Assembly: GCA_977017575.1 (NCBI GenBank)
Contig: CDRNVI010000002.1
Coordinates: 124,001-188,000, forward strand
DNA length: 64,000 nt
From: Paramoeba atlantica
Lineage: Eukaryota > Protista > Discosea
Direction of reading: 5' to 3'
Of this stretch, positions 20,904-31,972 are shown piece after piece. The notes beneath the pieces are model-generated. The model searched no databases. It saw only the letters and a list, made by a program, of their open reading frames with translations, and had not been told where the DNA came from. Position numbers and translations under genes: made by a program. Each line of letters starts with the position of its first letter. Positions within the stretch are counted from its first letter, which is position 1.

Positions 20904-21622
20904 TTTGATGCTCTTTTTTAGCACGAATGGCACCAAGTACAAAATCAATTTATGACAGGCGTAATCAAGTTTCTTATGTTTCGCGGCAGAAAACTTAGTT
21001 TTCAGTTTTGTGATTGTGCTTCTTCCACCAAAGGAGAAAAAAGAAGCTACAAGGACTCTCTTTTGAGGGAAAAACTCATCCAAACCCGCCAAAAATCCTT
21101 CAAAAAATTATAATTTTTTATATATAGTATTTGAAAAATTATAATACTATATAGTACTATAATTATCGATTTTGTAAATTTTCAGACCCCTGGTTAAAAG
21201 TGTGCTTCAACGGGGGGGGGGGTCTGAATCACGACACAATAAAAAAAATCTGCGCCTCAACTCCATGTGCGCTTTAACGGGGGTCTGATCAGGTGCGCTT
21301 AAGGGGAGGGGGACAAAAATTTACATAAATTGTGCATTCAGACTGAATCACTGCTTGTTTGTCAAGTTAATGTATAAGGTCTTACACCGGAAGTAGATTT
21401 ACCAAATCATTATCATTTTTCCTTGGATTAAATTTCTGCTTCGAAGTCTGTGTGTTCTACAAAGTTTGTACAAAGTTGGGCTGACATTGAGAACAGCGCC
21501 GTCTCACAGCAACAACCGACACCGTGACCCGTAGCCCCTCAATTTAAAATTACTAGTAGTAAGTAAATTAAAAGTAATTAATAATGTTTACTACTAATTA
21601 GTAATAATACTAGCGGAACGAA

Positions 21623-22588
21623 CTAATACCTTTGGTCTGCAAGTGCGCCACTCTCCACATCAATACGAGTCTCTTGAATATAACCTGACGCTTGGGCCTC
21701 ATGACCCAATACTTTAATTTGTGTATTCCTGACAAACATTCCTCGAGGAAGAATTTCAATCTCACCCTGCATAGCCACATTATCAGATAAATTGTAGTAA
21801 TTTATTTCAGGCAGTCGTGTCAGATCGGGGCTGCCACTGAATGCATTGCCGCTAATGTCCAATGATTCAAGCGTTCTTGGAAGTTTGCTGAAGCATAAGT
21901 CACCTGAAAACTTATTCATGCTTAAACTCAGTGCTTTAATACTCGTAGGAAGCTGCGTTAAATCTATGGACCCCGAAAGGCTATTCGAGTCAAGGGACAG
22001 CCGTTCAAGATGTGTAGGAAGCATTGCCAGACATACTTCTCCCGTAAATTGATTGCTCGACAAATTTGTCGATAATAGAGCTCTGGGAAGTGATGCCAAG
22101 TCTAGTGCCCCGAAAAACTTGTTCCGGTTAAGATTAAAGTATTCCAATGTAATTGGTAAAACATGGAGCAACGCAGGACCTGAAAATTTATTTACTTCTA
22201 CACAAAAACTGGAAAGCGTGTGCGGCAAATGTCTGAGGTTTAACTCCCCGTGAAGACCTTGAGCCCACCATCTAATCTCTTTTACAACGCCTTGCGCGTC
22301 ACATTTTACACCAAACCAGTTACAGATTCCCGTTTTTGAATTCCAAGATTTGTGGGGATTTTCTACCTTTGCGACAAGTCGTAAAAGTACGTGTTCCGGT
22401 GGAAGTACCATACTATTGACTTTTGCACCAACTGTTCTGGTACTGTAGTTTTGCTGTGAGGCACGGTTGCCAAACATACCCACTTTGAAAGCAGCGCTCA
22501 GACTTGATTTCTTTCCTTGTTTCTTCGGAATGTCGGCCAGGCGAATACCGGTGCTTGAAGAAAAGCATTGAACCGCAAAAAAACTCAT
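21623..22588 (-). CDS. leucine-rich repeat protein, 23-aa repeats with N-cap
   Basis: SWNSKTGICNWFGVKC cap then LDLASLPRALLSTNLSSNQFTG-type repeats. Confidence 0.9.
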   Translation of the reverse strand: MSFFAVQCFSSSTGIRLADIPKKQGKKSSLSAAFKVGMFGNRASQQNYSTRTVGAKVNSMVLPPEHVLLRLVAKVENPHKSWNSKTGICNWFGVKCDAQGVVKEIRWWAQGLHGELNLRHLPHTLSSFCVEVNKFSGPALLHVLPITLEYFNLNRNKFFGALDLASLPRALLSTNLSSNQFTGEVCLAMLPTHLERLSLDSNSLSGSIDLTQLPTSIKALSLSMNKFSGDLCFSKLPRTLESLDISGNAFSGSPDLTRLPEINYYNLSDNVAMQGEIEILPRGMFVRNTQIKVLGHEAQASGYIQETRIDVESGALADQRY

Positions 22589-22796
22589 TCCACTTGTATC
22601 GTTGTAAAGAAAAGTCGTTGTTTAGAAAAAGTGTTCACATGTGCACTACCATATGCATAGCGCTTTACCAAGGTTCAACTGATTCCAAAGTATTCACTGT
22701 ACAATTTTCCAAAGTATTCACTGTAATGTAATTTCTTTTCATTCTTCATCATTTACAAATAGGGATCTTTGCCCCTCCACGTTTAACTTTGATCAT

Positions 22797-23615
22797 TCAC
22801 ATAAATAGAAATCTTTGTCCCTCCACGTGTATTTTTTCGGGAATTGGTGTGGGAGTAAAACTTTCGAGACAATTATGAGCCAAATTTACTGTAACATGTT
22901 CCGGAACTACTGAAAAATCAGCCCGTCCTGTTAAACTGTTCCATTGGAGCTCAATGTTTTGCACGGACATAGGAATATCTTGTAAAATGAGATCTCCGTT
23001 CATTCGGTTGTGGTTTAGCACGATAAACCGAAGTAATGGCGGAAGTGAGCATAATTTCAGGTCGCCAGTAAATAGGTTGTATGAGGCCCGAAGATTGGTG
23101 AGTGTTTGGGGGAGATTATTTAACTTGATATTTCCCGCAAAACTGTTCAATGAAATGTCAAGTTTTTTTAATGTTGGCGGCAAGACGCTGAAATTGAAAG
23201 GTCCGTGGAAGCCATTTTCCGCAAGTTCCATGATTCGTAGATCCTTCGGAAGCTCTTCACAAGGAAATAGGCCCGTAAATTTATTGTGTGCGAGGGCAAG
23301 TACTTCCAATTGACGAGGGAGCTGTCCGACGGAAACTTCGCCATGCAAGCGGTTGTTCATAATCGAGAACTGTACTAGACTAGTGGGGAGGTACTGCCAC
23401 TGTATTGTTCCAGAAATATGAAAATGATTCCAAGTGATACTTTCTACATTTTGTTGTGAATTGCACCTTACTCCGGGCCACTTGGATATAGGGTTCTGGG
23501 ATTCCCACTCTTTTCTTCTCATGTTTAGTTGTGCAACCACTCTTTCCATGTCATATTCCGCGGGTAATTGTGATCCGCGTAAGCGCAGTCGTCGCGAAAC
23601 ATCTGCGCATTTCAT
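22797..23615 (-). CDS. leucine-rich repeat protein, tandem paralogue
   Basis: WESQNPISKWPGVRC cap then FNFSVLPPTLKKLDISLNSFAG-type repeats. First ATG at 23615. Confidence 0.9.
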   Translation of the reverse strand: MKCADVSRRLRLRGSQLPAEYDMERVVAQLNMRRKEWESQNPISKWPGVRCNSQQNVESITWNHFHISGTIQWQYLPTSLVQFSIMNNRLHGEVSVGQLPRQLEVLALAHNKFTGLFPCEELPKDLRIMELAENGFHGPFNFSVLPPTLKKLDISLNSFAGNIKLNNLPQTLTNLRASYNLFTGDLKLCSLPPLLRFIVLNHNRMNGDLILQDIPMSVQNIELQWNSLTGRADFSVVPEHVTVNLAHNCLESFTPTPIPEKIHVEGQRFLFM

Positions 23616-24770
23616 ATTGATCAATTATGTGATGGAAACCAATATAATAATAGGGATAACATAACTGTAGAATAATGACGCCATGTTTCTTAAGCAAATG
23701 AAACACTTTCTTATGTCGTCAATTACGTTCGAATTCTTTTATGTGTGTCAAGTAATAAATGAAACAAAGGTTTAGTACTTTCATGCTTTGAAGCTAAAAT
23801 TTTTATCATACAATAGTTTTATAGTAAGACCTCTTAGTTCCTTAAAAAACATTGATCATAACATACGAATATTTATAGCGAATGCTAACAAACGAGTGCT
23901 CAGTGCTGAGAACAGACTAGTAGTAAAATACAAAGATATTTATTCATTAAGATAAAGATAATAAAAGCGCGCACGAGTTTTACAAGTAGCTTTTTTGAGG
24001 TTCACCGGCACTATAAATGTAGGTTGAAAACAAGTAAAATTTGTTTGAACAATCATGCCCAAAAGTACTCAAGAAAAAGTTTTTGATCTTTCGTTGATCT
24101 CTTTTCTTATTTATTTTTTTAGCTTACTTACCAGACCACACGTTTTTTCGATCAGATGTGCCTCCTAACTCTAATGGTAAGACCCCAAAAAACGTCCGAA
24201 ATATGGGGAAAATACGAAATATGGGGAGAATCGGGTATTTGTACCAAAAGTTGGATTATTCTGGATCGTTTCGCAATTTTTTGCTTTTTAGTCTCTTCAT
24301 TAAATGCGGAAGCAGTTCTCAACGCGAAGGGGGCAGCCGTGGTGGCTTCCAAGAGGGTTCAAACTGGATGGGAGTGTCTGGGAGCGCCTGGGAGCGCACC
24401 TTATCCTTTTTACAGGTCACCAATACCAAGTAGACGAATGTAATAGACCAATGTAGTATGTCCTGGGCGGTCCATTGAGTATTCCAAGCATTGAAATATA
24501 AGTTGGAACGTCATGAGTATGAGTGGAAACGTTTTAAAAAGTCACGTAAAAGTTTTTTCGAGCGGAAAAAAATCATCAGAAAAAAATGGATTTTAACCTA
24601 CATTTATAATGCCGGTTACCCCCTTTTTTTATTTCAAAACAATTGACGGCAATAAATCTCCGTCATAGTTTCTCCGTTAGTACGAGGTTCGCGTTTCACC
24701 TTTGAGCCACATGTGTAAACACACGTGGTGATGCTTACGAATTATGTGGACAGGCATTAATTCATATTAA

Positions 24771-25808
24771 ACCCCGTTCCGGGTTAATGTACCTCTAGCT
24801 CGCTATTGTACCGGGGGGGGGGGTGCAATAAGTGGGAACGCTTGGTTTTATTGTACCCCCCTGCGTAAAAGAGGGCCCTTTTTTGCCTTTCTACCGATTT
24901 CTTTTCAAAATTGGTTACAAATTTACCATTTTTACCAACGAAGGCATGTTTTTTTGCCAACCTTTTTTTTGCACTAGTTTCGTTATTTTTCGGAATTTTT
25001 ATTGTGCCTGTAGCTAGGTATTGTAGCTAGTTATAGAGAGAGATACTACTCCCTCGCTACCATAGGTTAATTCGTCGTGCCCGATTTGTGGCCCGATTTC
25101 GTGCCCAATATCGTTTGAGGTGTGTTTTCGAAAAAAATGTTTACAAAGACGTATGAATCGAATTGAGTGACAAGATCACTAGTTTTTCAACAATTCCGAT
25201 GGGTACCCCCTGCCCCCCTCCCCACCAGGGTGATCGTAGTAAATTTTGAAACTTTGAAAAAAGAACTGAAAAAGTATGGGTGAAATAAAAAAAAATATAT
25301 TTTTCCCAAATCAACTCCTAGACCGTTTTTTGAGAGTTTGGGGCCTGATACCCCGTATACGCTTTGGTTTCATTCGATATTTCTCCACCTTGTGCTGGTA
25401 ATACACCTACAAAGGTCAAGCGTTACCTGGAAGTGTGTGACACGCAAGGCCGTAGAGGAATGAGGAGGCGCAAGGCAAAAAGGGAGAAGGCGGAGCCTTC
25501 TGTCTTTTTGCCACGGCGACGACGACTTCCTCACGTGGGAAGGTGTAAAGCGCCCTACGCAGCATGTTCCCATGGTTATGTAACCCAGGCTAAAGTGGAC
25601 GAGGGAGATACTAAAGGTACCTTTTGAAATCCACCACAAAACTGGAACGGTATCTCCCGGTTTGTAGAGCATTCTGATGTGACAAAAGGGTCCGTAACTG
25701 GAGATACCGTTCCAGTTTTGTGGTGGATTTCAAAAGGTACCTTTAGTATCTCCCTCGTCCACTTTAGCCTGGGTTGTACCGGGGGAGTACATTAACCCGG
25801 ACGGGGGT
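24771..25808. mobile_element. non-autonomous TIR element flanked by TTAA (TAA/TTAA-target family)
   Basis: TTAA|ACCCCGTTCCGGGTTAATGTAC ... GTACATTAACCCGGACGGGGGT|TTAA. Ends are homologous to the 70-bp mini element at 31697-31766. Subterminal motif TTATTGTGCCTGTAGCTA near 24999. Confidence 0.6.
25582..25775. repeat. perfect 76-bp inverted repeat with 42-nt loop (foldback)
   Basis: 25582-25657 is the exact reverse complement of 25700-25775. Confidence 0.97.
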
Positions 25809-25967
25809 TTAATGCATGGTGAGAGTGACAGGTGCATGTCAGAGCCTGCTCTTTCGAATTTCAGCATACTTGCTAAAATCTTAAAAAGTCTACGAAAATA
25901 TTGTGTATTAGGACGCGGGGGGATCAGGGTCCATATTAAAGGGGGTCACAGTGTGTATCACTGCGCT

Positions 25968-26876
25968 TTATATACACTTTAAATAGTAATATCCACCCCT
26001 CTCACGTAAAAGGGGGGAATTCCGAAGGTACTCGGCGACTGATCTCCTCTGTTGAAACAGACCAGACAGAAGTTCCATTAAAACGAGAATACTGCTGTCG
26101 TATTGCCCACCTCTGTAGTCGGGAACCATTACACAACGTTTTCGGTCTTTAGATAGGACGCTGTGCTCATTGTTTTCTATTAAAAGCACGTGCTGGAGAT
26201 CTCGACCTAGCCGAGTCAGTGGTTTTCGCCCAGCATCTGTGTACCACCTTCGGTCTCGGTAAATAACATGATCTATGACCGGCCTGGAAGACGCCTCCAG
26301 AGATTTTATTCCATGCACAAAACCAGACGCGTAGCAACGCATGCCACACGTCCATATTACATTTTCTGATACTCCATGGAGCAAGCGAAGAAGCGGATCA
26401 AGATGGGGCCGAGCCTCGAAACAGATTCCGTCCGGGTCACGCGCGAACGCGAGTGTCTCATCTAAATCAAACACGACGGTGTATGGAGTCTGGGGCCACG
26501 CGTGTGTTTGTAGTAAGGTAGTGGTTTCTTTGGCCACTATTTTTCGTCCTTGGCGCTTCCCTCTTACAGCATCATCAACGAACAAGACGGGTGAGCTCAA
26601 ATATTTCCTTCTCTTTCGAGGAAGCAGAGGGCGTAGCGCATGAGATATTGATGCCTTTGATCGGCTCCGTACGAGGTCGAAATTATGTTTTACATTCAAA
26701 ATTTCACTGCTTTTAGATGAATCCCTCTTCGTAACATGCAGTGCCGTAAAGGAAGGAACAAGACGTCCTGAGTTGTTCAATACTGTACTGTTCGGAGAAT
26801 CAATAGTACCTTTGCCGAAATGTGGACTTGTGTTTTGTTCCGAATCACTATTCGGAGAAGCGCATACCACGCTCAT
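25968..26876 (-). CDS. FCP/SCP (NIF-domain) HAD-family phosphatase
   Basis: TVVFDLDETL (DxDxT), RPHLDPLL, VIWTCG..YA, KPLTRLGRDLQHVLLIENN. First ATG at 26876. Confidence 0.88.
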   Translation of the reverse strand: MSVVCASPNSDSEQNTSPHFGKGTIDSPNSTVLNNSGRLVPSFTALHVTKRDSSKSSEILNVKHNFDLVRSRSKASISHALRPLLPRKRRKYLSSPVLFVDDAVRGKRQGRKIVAKETTTLLQTHAWPQTPYTVVFDLDETLAFARDPDGICFEARPHLDPLLRLLHGVSENVIWTCGMRCYASGFVHGIKSLEASSRPVIDHVIYRDRRWYTDAGRKPLTRLGRDLQHVLLIENNEHSVLSKDRKRCVMVPDYRGGQYDSSILVLMELLSGLFQQRRSVAEYLRNSPLLRERGGYYYLKCI

Positions 26877-27058
26877 AATTCTCAATAATCTTATGATTAC
26901 GTAATTATATCAATTAATGTACGAAATTTACGCAAGCGTGTACGAACATACGAAAGCATATACGGCACATGACATGAACTGCAGTAATAACTACTGTAAG
27001 AACGAATAACCAAATAAGACGTATCCTTAATAGAGCTTTTTGTGTACCTTTATGCATA

Positions 27059-27793
27059 TCAACAAATTAATATTTGATCGTTCTCAATATTGTTATAGTT
27101 GGCGCTTGCAGAGTCTTCGTTATCATCGTCCTTGTGTTGCGTATGAGTGTTCTGCATGGGACTGTTTACCGCAATGGCCGAATTCCGAAGTGCAGGCCAC
27201 AATGGAGCGTTAGACAACGCATGTAATCGGGAGCTCTTGGTTTCACCAATGCCAGGAATCAATGCTAATTCTTCGCGAGAGGATGTGAGCACAGACGCAA
27301 GATTTCCACCGGACTGTACAAGAGCCTTGGAATCTTTAACTGTGATCAGGCCTCGTATGCGGGGGATCAGGGTAGAGGCCTGTGTGTTGGCGTTACCCTT
27401 TAGAATATCGGGATCAACACTTTGAGCTCTCACGAGTGAAGTAAGATATTTTGCTGCTTCTCGGACGGAGTAACAACACAGAAGAGTAAAACCGGACTGT
27501 AAGCACAACAGATTCACCTCCTGCATTAACTTCTCATTTTCGGGAATATCTGCATAGCAAAGACAGATACAGCAACGAAAAGTGGATTTAGAACCGAACG
27601 GACGCATCCGACTCAGCAAATACGTATCGTGAGAGAGAAGATAGCGCAATTGAATATATAGAACAACTATCTCGTTTCCATATTGGTAATCTGCAATCGT
27701 ATTCCCAAAACTCCACGGAAAACGGGAGGGCAGATGCTTGAGTAAACTGTTACCCCGTTGGCACGAATTTACTACCATAGAGAGACTGGTCAT
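27059..27793 (-). CDS. ERCC1: DNA excision repair protein ERCC1/Rad10
   Basis: VNSCQRGNSLLKHL, ADY, LYIQLRYLLSHDTYLLSRM, CYSVREAAKYL and C-terminal HhH LALIPGIGETKSSRLH. Confidence 0.85.
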   Translation of the reverse strand: MTSLSMVVNSCQRGNSLLKHLPSRFPWSFGNTIADYQYGNEIVVLYIQLRYLLSHDTYLLSRMRPFGSKSTFRCCICLCYADIPENEKLMQEVNLLCLQSGFTLLCCYSVREAAKYLTSLVRAQSVDPDILKGNANTQASTLIPRIRGLITVKDSKALVQSGGNLASVLTSSREELALIPGIGETKSSRLHALSNAPLWPALRNSAIAVNSPMQNTHTQHKDDDNEDSASANYNNIENDQILIC

Positions 27794-28369
27794 TCAATGT
27801 GAATGCTATCAGGAGCAGTAGCACAGAATCTAGTTGTCGGTAAAAAAAAAGATGGTTGCGCAAGTTGTCTGACTCATTTCCCAGATTTAAGTCGACGTAA
27901 TCAACGAGATACTAGCATGCCAGTTCATAAAGTGAGTGAAGACATTCTAGCGACGATATTGTAGGAAGATAGGAAGTGGTATTTAAAAAATGTTCAAAAA
28001 TAGTGTTAACTCGTAAGTCCGCTCCATTGAAGCTTGCATTATTAAAGATAAATGCAAGTAACTGTTTCGAAAGTTTAGGAAACATTCAGAAGAGTGGAAA
28101 ACTTTAGAGCAGGGTAACAGTTAAGTACATAAAGATCAGAAAGTCGTATTTCCCAGGTACCAGAGGCCTTTTACATGTTACGCGGTTCGTTATTTTCTAA
28201 CGATAATTTTGATTGATCGTTTCAAAATGTGTTCAGTCCGGATAGTGCCGTCTTTCTCGTACAAATCCATTGTAACTTTTAGACTTTGAAACTACGTTCT
28301 CGACTAAGTTTTTATACTATATGTGGACCCCTCAGCATGACAATACCACGATTGAGCAATTACAAATCA

Positions 28370-29644
28370 TTAAAAATATCCGAATGGAAATCCTGAACGG
28401 TATACTTGTCGGGGCGGAAACCATTCGTCCTGATACCCTTCACTCGCGTACGGACTTTGGGGACCTTCTTCTGCTATTCCGTAGGGTAGTGCCGATTGAT
28501 CTGGAGCATAATAGGGTGCCGAAGTGTATTCATCATGGTCATATGATGGCATTCTACGATTTCTAGACCCATCAAACGTCTCTTGAGGGACATAACTACG
28601 AGAATGGTTGTGATGGTGCCCGGAATAAAAATTTGGCCGACCGCGAGACCAATACTGTCGTCTGCGGGATACAGGCGGCGCGTGAGTCTTTACATGTCGA
28701 TCAGATTCCTGCTTAGTTGAATCATTGCGCGCCGCATAGTGAGCACGTTGTGCATGCTGTGGTGCTCCGTGTGCGCCTTGTCGCTGAACAGCTTGTATAT
28801 ATCGTGCTGAGGGATAACCTGAAGGCGCTCCAGTTAATGGGATCTTTTGCGCTCTATCACTTTGTAGATCTTGAAGAACTGAAACAGAATCTGGCTCCTC
28901 ATCGTCCGGGGATGTTGATGCAACAGATGAAGATCGTTTGCTTGAGGTATTCTCTTGCGTGCTCTGATTAGAAGATTCGTCACTTGACAAAATAGTCAAG
29001 CACCCTTCATTATCAACCATATTTAGAAGCTGCTGCAAGAGCTTTTCCGTATTGACTGTCTTCGAAACAGGAATTATGTCACTTTCCATAAAATCTTGGG
29101 CATACTCTCCGAATTCCTTTAACATGGGAAGTACGGTACGCTTCCATAGTTTAATTCTGAGGAATGCGAATGGAATGCGCTGCAATATTTCGCTTATCTC
29201 CTCAGACATGTTGTGCACTGTAGATACGATGTCACCACCGTCAAGCAACGTGTGACGCGCTCGAGCACATGCCTCATACACCGTACTTTCAAGTTGTTTG
29301 TCTGACAGTAGTACGGTTCCATCTTCCATGTTTTCAATAAAGCGATGAATATCTTTGTTCATTTCACGCCTTCGCTCTCGATTAGTGCTCTTGTCGACAT
29401 ATTCACACTGTACAGGCCCAAGTAAAGCTGTTTCAATAAGAGAACGTACCTTGGGAAGCTCCGTCGATATTTTACTTGTTGAAATTCTGTCCAATGCGAT
29501 AGTTAAATGTTCTGCAAAATATTCAAGCACATGAACAGCAAGATCCAACGGTTCGGTGTTCTCACCTACGTTCTCTCGGTTGACAGATGATTTGAAAGCG
29601 AGTGTGTCTTGCAGTAATTTACGAACTGAGATTTCTAGAGACAT
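28370..29644 (-). CDS. hypothetical protein, helical N-half and low-complexity Ser/Gln/Arg/Tyr/Pro C-half
   Basis: 424-aa ATG ORF on the cluster strand. No family recognised. Confidence 0.75.
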   Translation of the reverse strand: MSLEISVRKLLQDTLAFKSSVNRENVGENTEPLDLAVHVLEYFAEHLTIALDRISTSKISTELPKVRSLIETALLGPVQCEYVDKSTNRERRREMNKDIHRFIENMEDGTVLLSDKQLESTVYEACARARHTLLDGGDIVSTVHNMSEEISEILQRIPFAFLRIKLWKRTVLPMLKEFGEYAQDFMESDIIPVSKTVNTEKLLQQLLNMVDNEGCLTILSSDESSNQSTQENTSSKRSSSVASTSPDDEEPDSVSVLQDLQSDRAQKIPLTGAPSGYPSARYIQAVQRQGAHGAPQHAQRAHYAARNDSTKQESDRHVKTHAPPVSRRRQYWSRGRPNFYSGHHHNHSRSYVPQETFDGSRNRRMPSYDHDEYTSAPYYAPDQSALPYGIAEEGPQSPYASEGYQDEWFPPRQVYRSGFPFGYF

Positions 29645-30007
29645 CGTCCAATAAAAATACTAGAGAAACTATGAACTGAGGCGTAATATGGAAGCTAAAA
29701 TAACGAACACCAAAAAAGAACACAGAAATACAAAAGATATCCGTTAAAAGTGACTGCAATCACTCTGATGACTTTTTCGAGGCGTCTCGTCGCAGACAGG
29801 TACAAATGCATTGTCATAAGATTGAAGTTCAAACTCCTAGGCAAAATTTGCGTTTTAAGCGACTCCAAACTCTATGCAATGAATTTTCAGTTCAAAGCGC
29901 ATTAGAAGAAGTATTCATGTACATCATACAAGGCTGAAACAAGGGTATCATCATGTGAGAAGAAGTAGATAAAGACCCCTCTAGTAGGGCCAAGTATTTA
30001 CGATATA

Positions 30008-30041
30008 CAGGGGCGGGCACGAAAATGTGGGGGGGTCAAAA
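30008..30041 (+). mobile_element. solo end of an element A-family TIR
   Basis: TATA|CAGGGGCGGGCACGAAAATGTGGGGGGGTCAAAA resembles 18165-18199. No partner end found. Confidence 0.65.
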
Positions 30042-30499
30042 GTAAGGTTTTTGGATAGTCAAAATTCTGCAGTTAGGTCATTTTTTCACTATTTTCTTCT
30101 TCTTTCCGTCTTTACTTTTGTTCTCAGAAAGGAGAATTTTCGAAAGTACGATACAGAAACGTCGTAGCCGTTGCCAGAGTCCTTGTACACAAAAAATGAA
30201 TGCCTCTCACATGATCCTCTTAGTAAGAAATTCGTCAACGATCCATGAATGGCGGAGATGTTGAAGACAACTTCCTATAATGAGAGCTATGATTGGCTCC
30301 TGTCCAACCCAAGCTACATGTAGATGCCACCGCACTTATTTGAGATAGCCGTCAAGCCCTACCTTGGGGTGCATCATCCAAGGATTTCTGAAGCTCTGAT
30401 GTGTCCTGGAAGCCGAGCTTCAATTGATTCAAACACTGCGTTAACTCACATCCCCGGATGCGCAAGGCACATGTTTCAATGCCGCAGCGAAACGTGGTA

Positions 30500-31051
30500 C
30501 GGGTGTGCGGGTCTAAGGCTGAAATGTGTGTCTTTCACAACGTTTCTTGAAACTCCTCACCGTTTTCTGGACCGTTGCAGAGTGAGTTTGTTTAAATTTA
30601 AGGAAAGACTCCTCGATAGCGGCTTCTAATTGTTATCGTTTTAGGGTCGAAGAAGATATTTGTCTGTATCGATCAGGTTGCGCTGTGGCAGAGTGCGATC
30701 CCGTGCGCTCGTACTCCGCCATAAAAATGTTTTATTAAAAAGCATGCGGTGACTCTCTTTCACGGGGGGATCTTTCACGGGAGGGGGATGACTAAGTTCT
30801 ATGGTTCCGTACACCGCGGGAAGTCCACGAACGAGCGCGCTTTTGGTACATTTTCTGGTAAAAAATGAAATTTTTGCAGGGGGAAAAAGCGAAATATGGT
30901 ATCAAAAGATATATCAGGCTAAAATTTTGAAGTAAAACATGGCCACTAAAACATACAACTGTGTGAGAGCTATCCAAAGCTGTATTACTTTCCAAAATTG
31001 GATAAGTTTCACGAATTTAAGACCCCTCTCACCTTTAGACCCGCACCCCTG
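30500..31051. mobile_element. degenerate Tc1-type MITE, TA flanks
   Basis: Left TA|CGGGTGTGCGGGTCTAAGGCTGA. Right end reverse complement TA|CAGGGGTGCGGGTCTAAAGGTGA. The right TIR continues with the family core CCAATTTTGGAAAGTAATACAGC. Confidence 0.55.
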
Positions 31052-31329
31052 TATGTTGACTAAGTTTGTGTATGATCTTAACATGAGGGCAGACATCCCG
31101 TGCAAAAGAGAATCTCGTTCCCTCAGTGCATGGACATGTCTCACATTCGGAAATCTAATCGACTATAACTATCAGCGTTGTAGAAACTTTCTTGTACCTG
31201 AAGGACCCCCCCTAATACTATCTTCTCTGATACTGAGTGCAATGCAATGAGAACAGAAGGATCCACTTCATGATTTCAGACTTTGAGCACGCCTAAAAAA
31301 CGTACCAACGAATGCGCGTAAATTTAGAA

Positions 31330-31581
31330 TTATCCATCCAGTTTAGCTAGAGCTCCTCCACGTAACGCGAGAACGAGGTGTAGTGTGGAGCCTTGTTGTA
31401 TACCAAGAGAATCTAAAGTCTTATCATTCTGCATTTGCCTTCCATTGTAAATTAGTCGCTGTTGCTCGACAGGAATACCTTCAATTTCCTGTAATTTTTC
31501 TTTTATATACACGACTTGATAGTCTGCTTGAACATTCATATCGACTTCACGGCCTGAAAGAGTCTTCACTTTAATTAACAT
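31330..31581 (-). CDS. NEDD8: ubiquitin-like protein NEDD8/Rub1 precursor
   Basis: [12 protein letters not shown]...[28 protein letters not shown]...[13 protein letters not shown] plus a 7-aa propeptide. Confidence 0.92.
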   Translation of the reverse strand: MLIKVKTLSGREVDMNVQADYQVVYIKEKLQEIEGIPVEQQRLIYNGRQMQNDKTLDSLGIQQGSTLHLVLALRGGALAKLDG

Positions 31582-31696
31582 TTTTCCAGTATAATAAAGA
31601 AGAGTTAGATAAAATTGGGGCTAGGAACATATTTTTTCTCTTGGCCGTGCATTCTTTATTGCTTTACACCTTCATATCTTATACATGTACCTGTAA

Positions 31697-31766
31697 ACTG
31701 TGTTCCGGGTTATTGTGCCTATAGCTACTTATTGTGCCCGGGGGGCACAATAACCCGGAACACGGC
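31697..31766. mobile_element. 70-bp hairpin mini-MITE with TAA flanks
   Basis: 31700-31719 and 31744-31763 form a perfect 20-bp inverted repeat. TAA at 31694-96 and 31767-69. Homologous to the ends of 24771-25808. Confidence 0.7.
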
Positions 31767-31972
31767 TAATATCTAATTCTTATGTCTTGTATAAACATTT
31801 ACTAGAAGTAATCTAAGAACTAAAGAAGACGAGCGACAGACAATTACAAATGTGTAGTAAAACTGTTTCTAACGGATGCTCTACTAAAAATAATTCTTAT
31901 CGAAACACACCAATAAATTACATTACACTGTAAGCGGAGCTGTTAAGCTTCACCGTTGGAATGCGTTCCTGG

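Noticed and set aside
17700-21600. Possible strand-switch region because of the plus-strand ORF
   Set aside because: The only plus ORF is a transposase inside TIRs, and cellular genes on both sides remain on minus.
25040-25060. TACTCCCTC Stowaway-like terminus
   Set aside because: No matching GAGGGAGTA partner end found.
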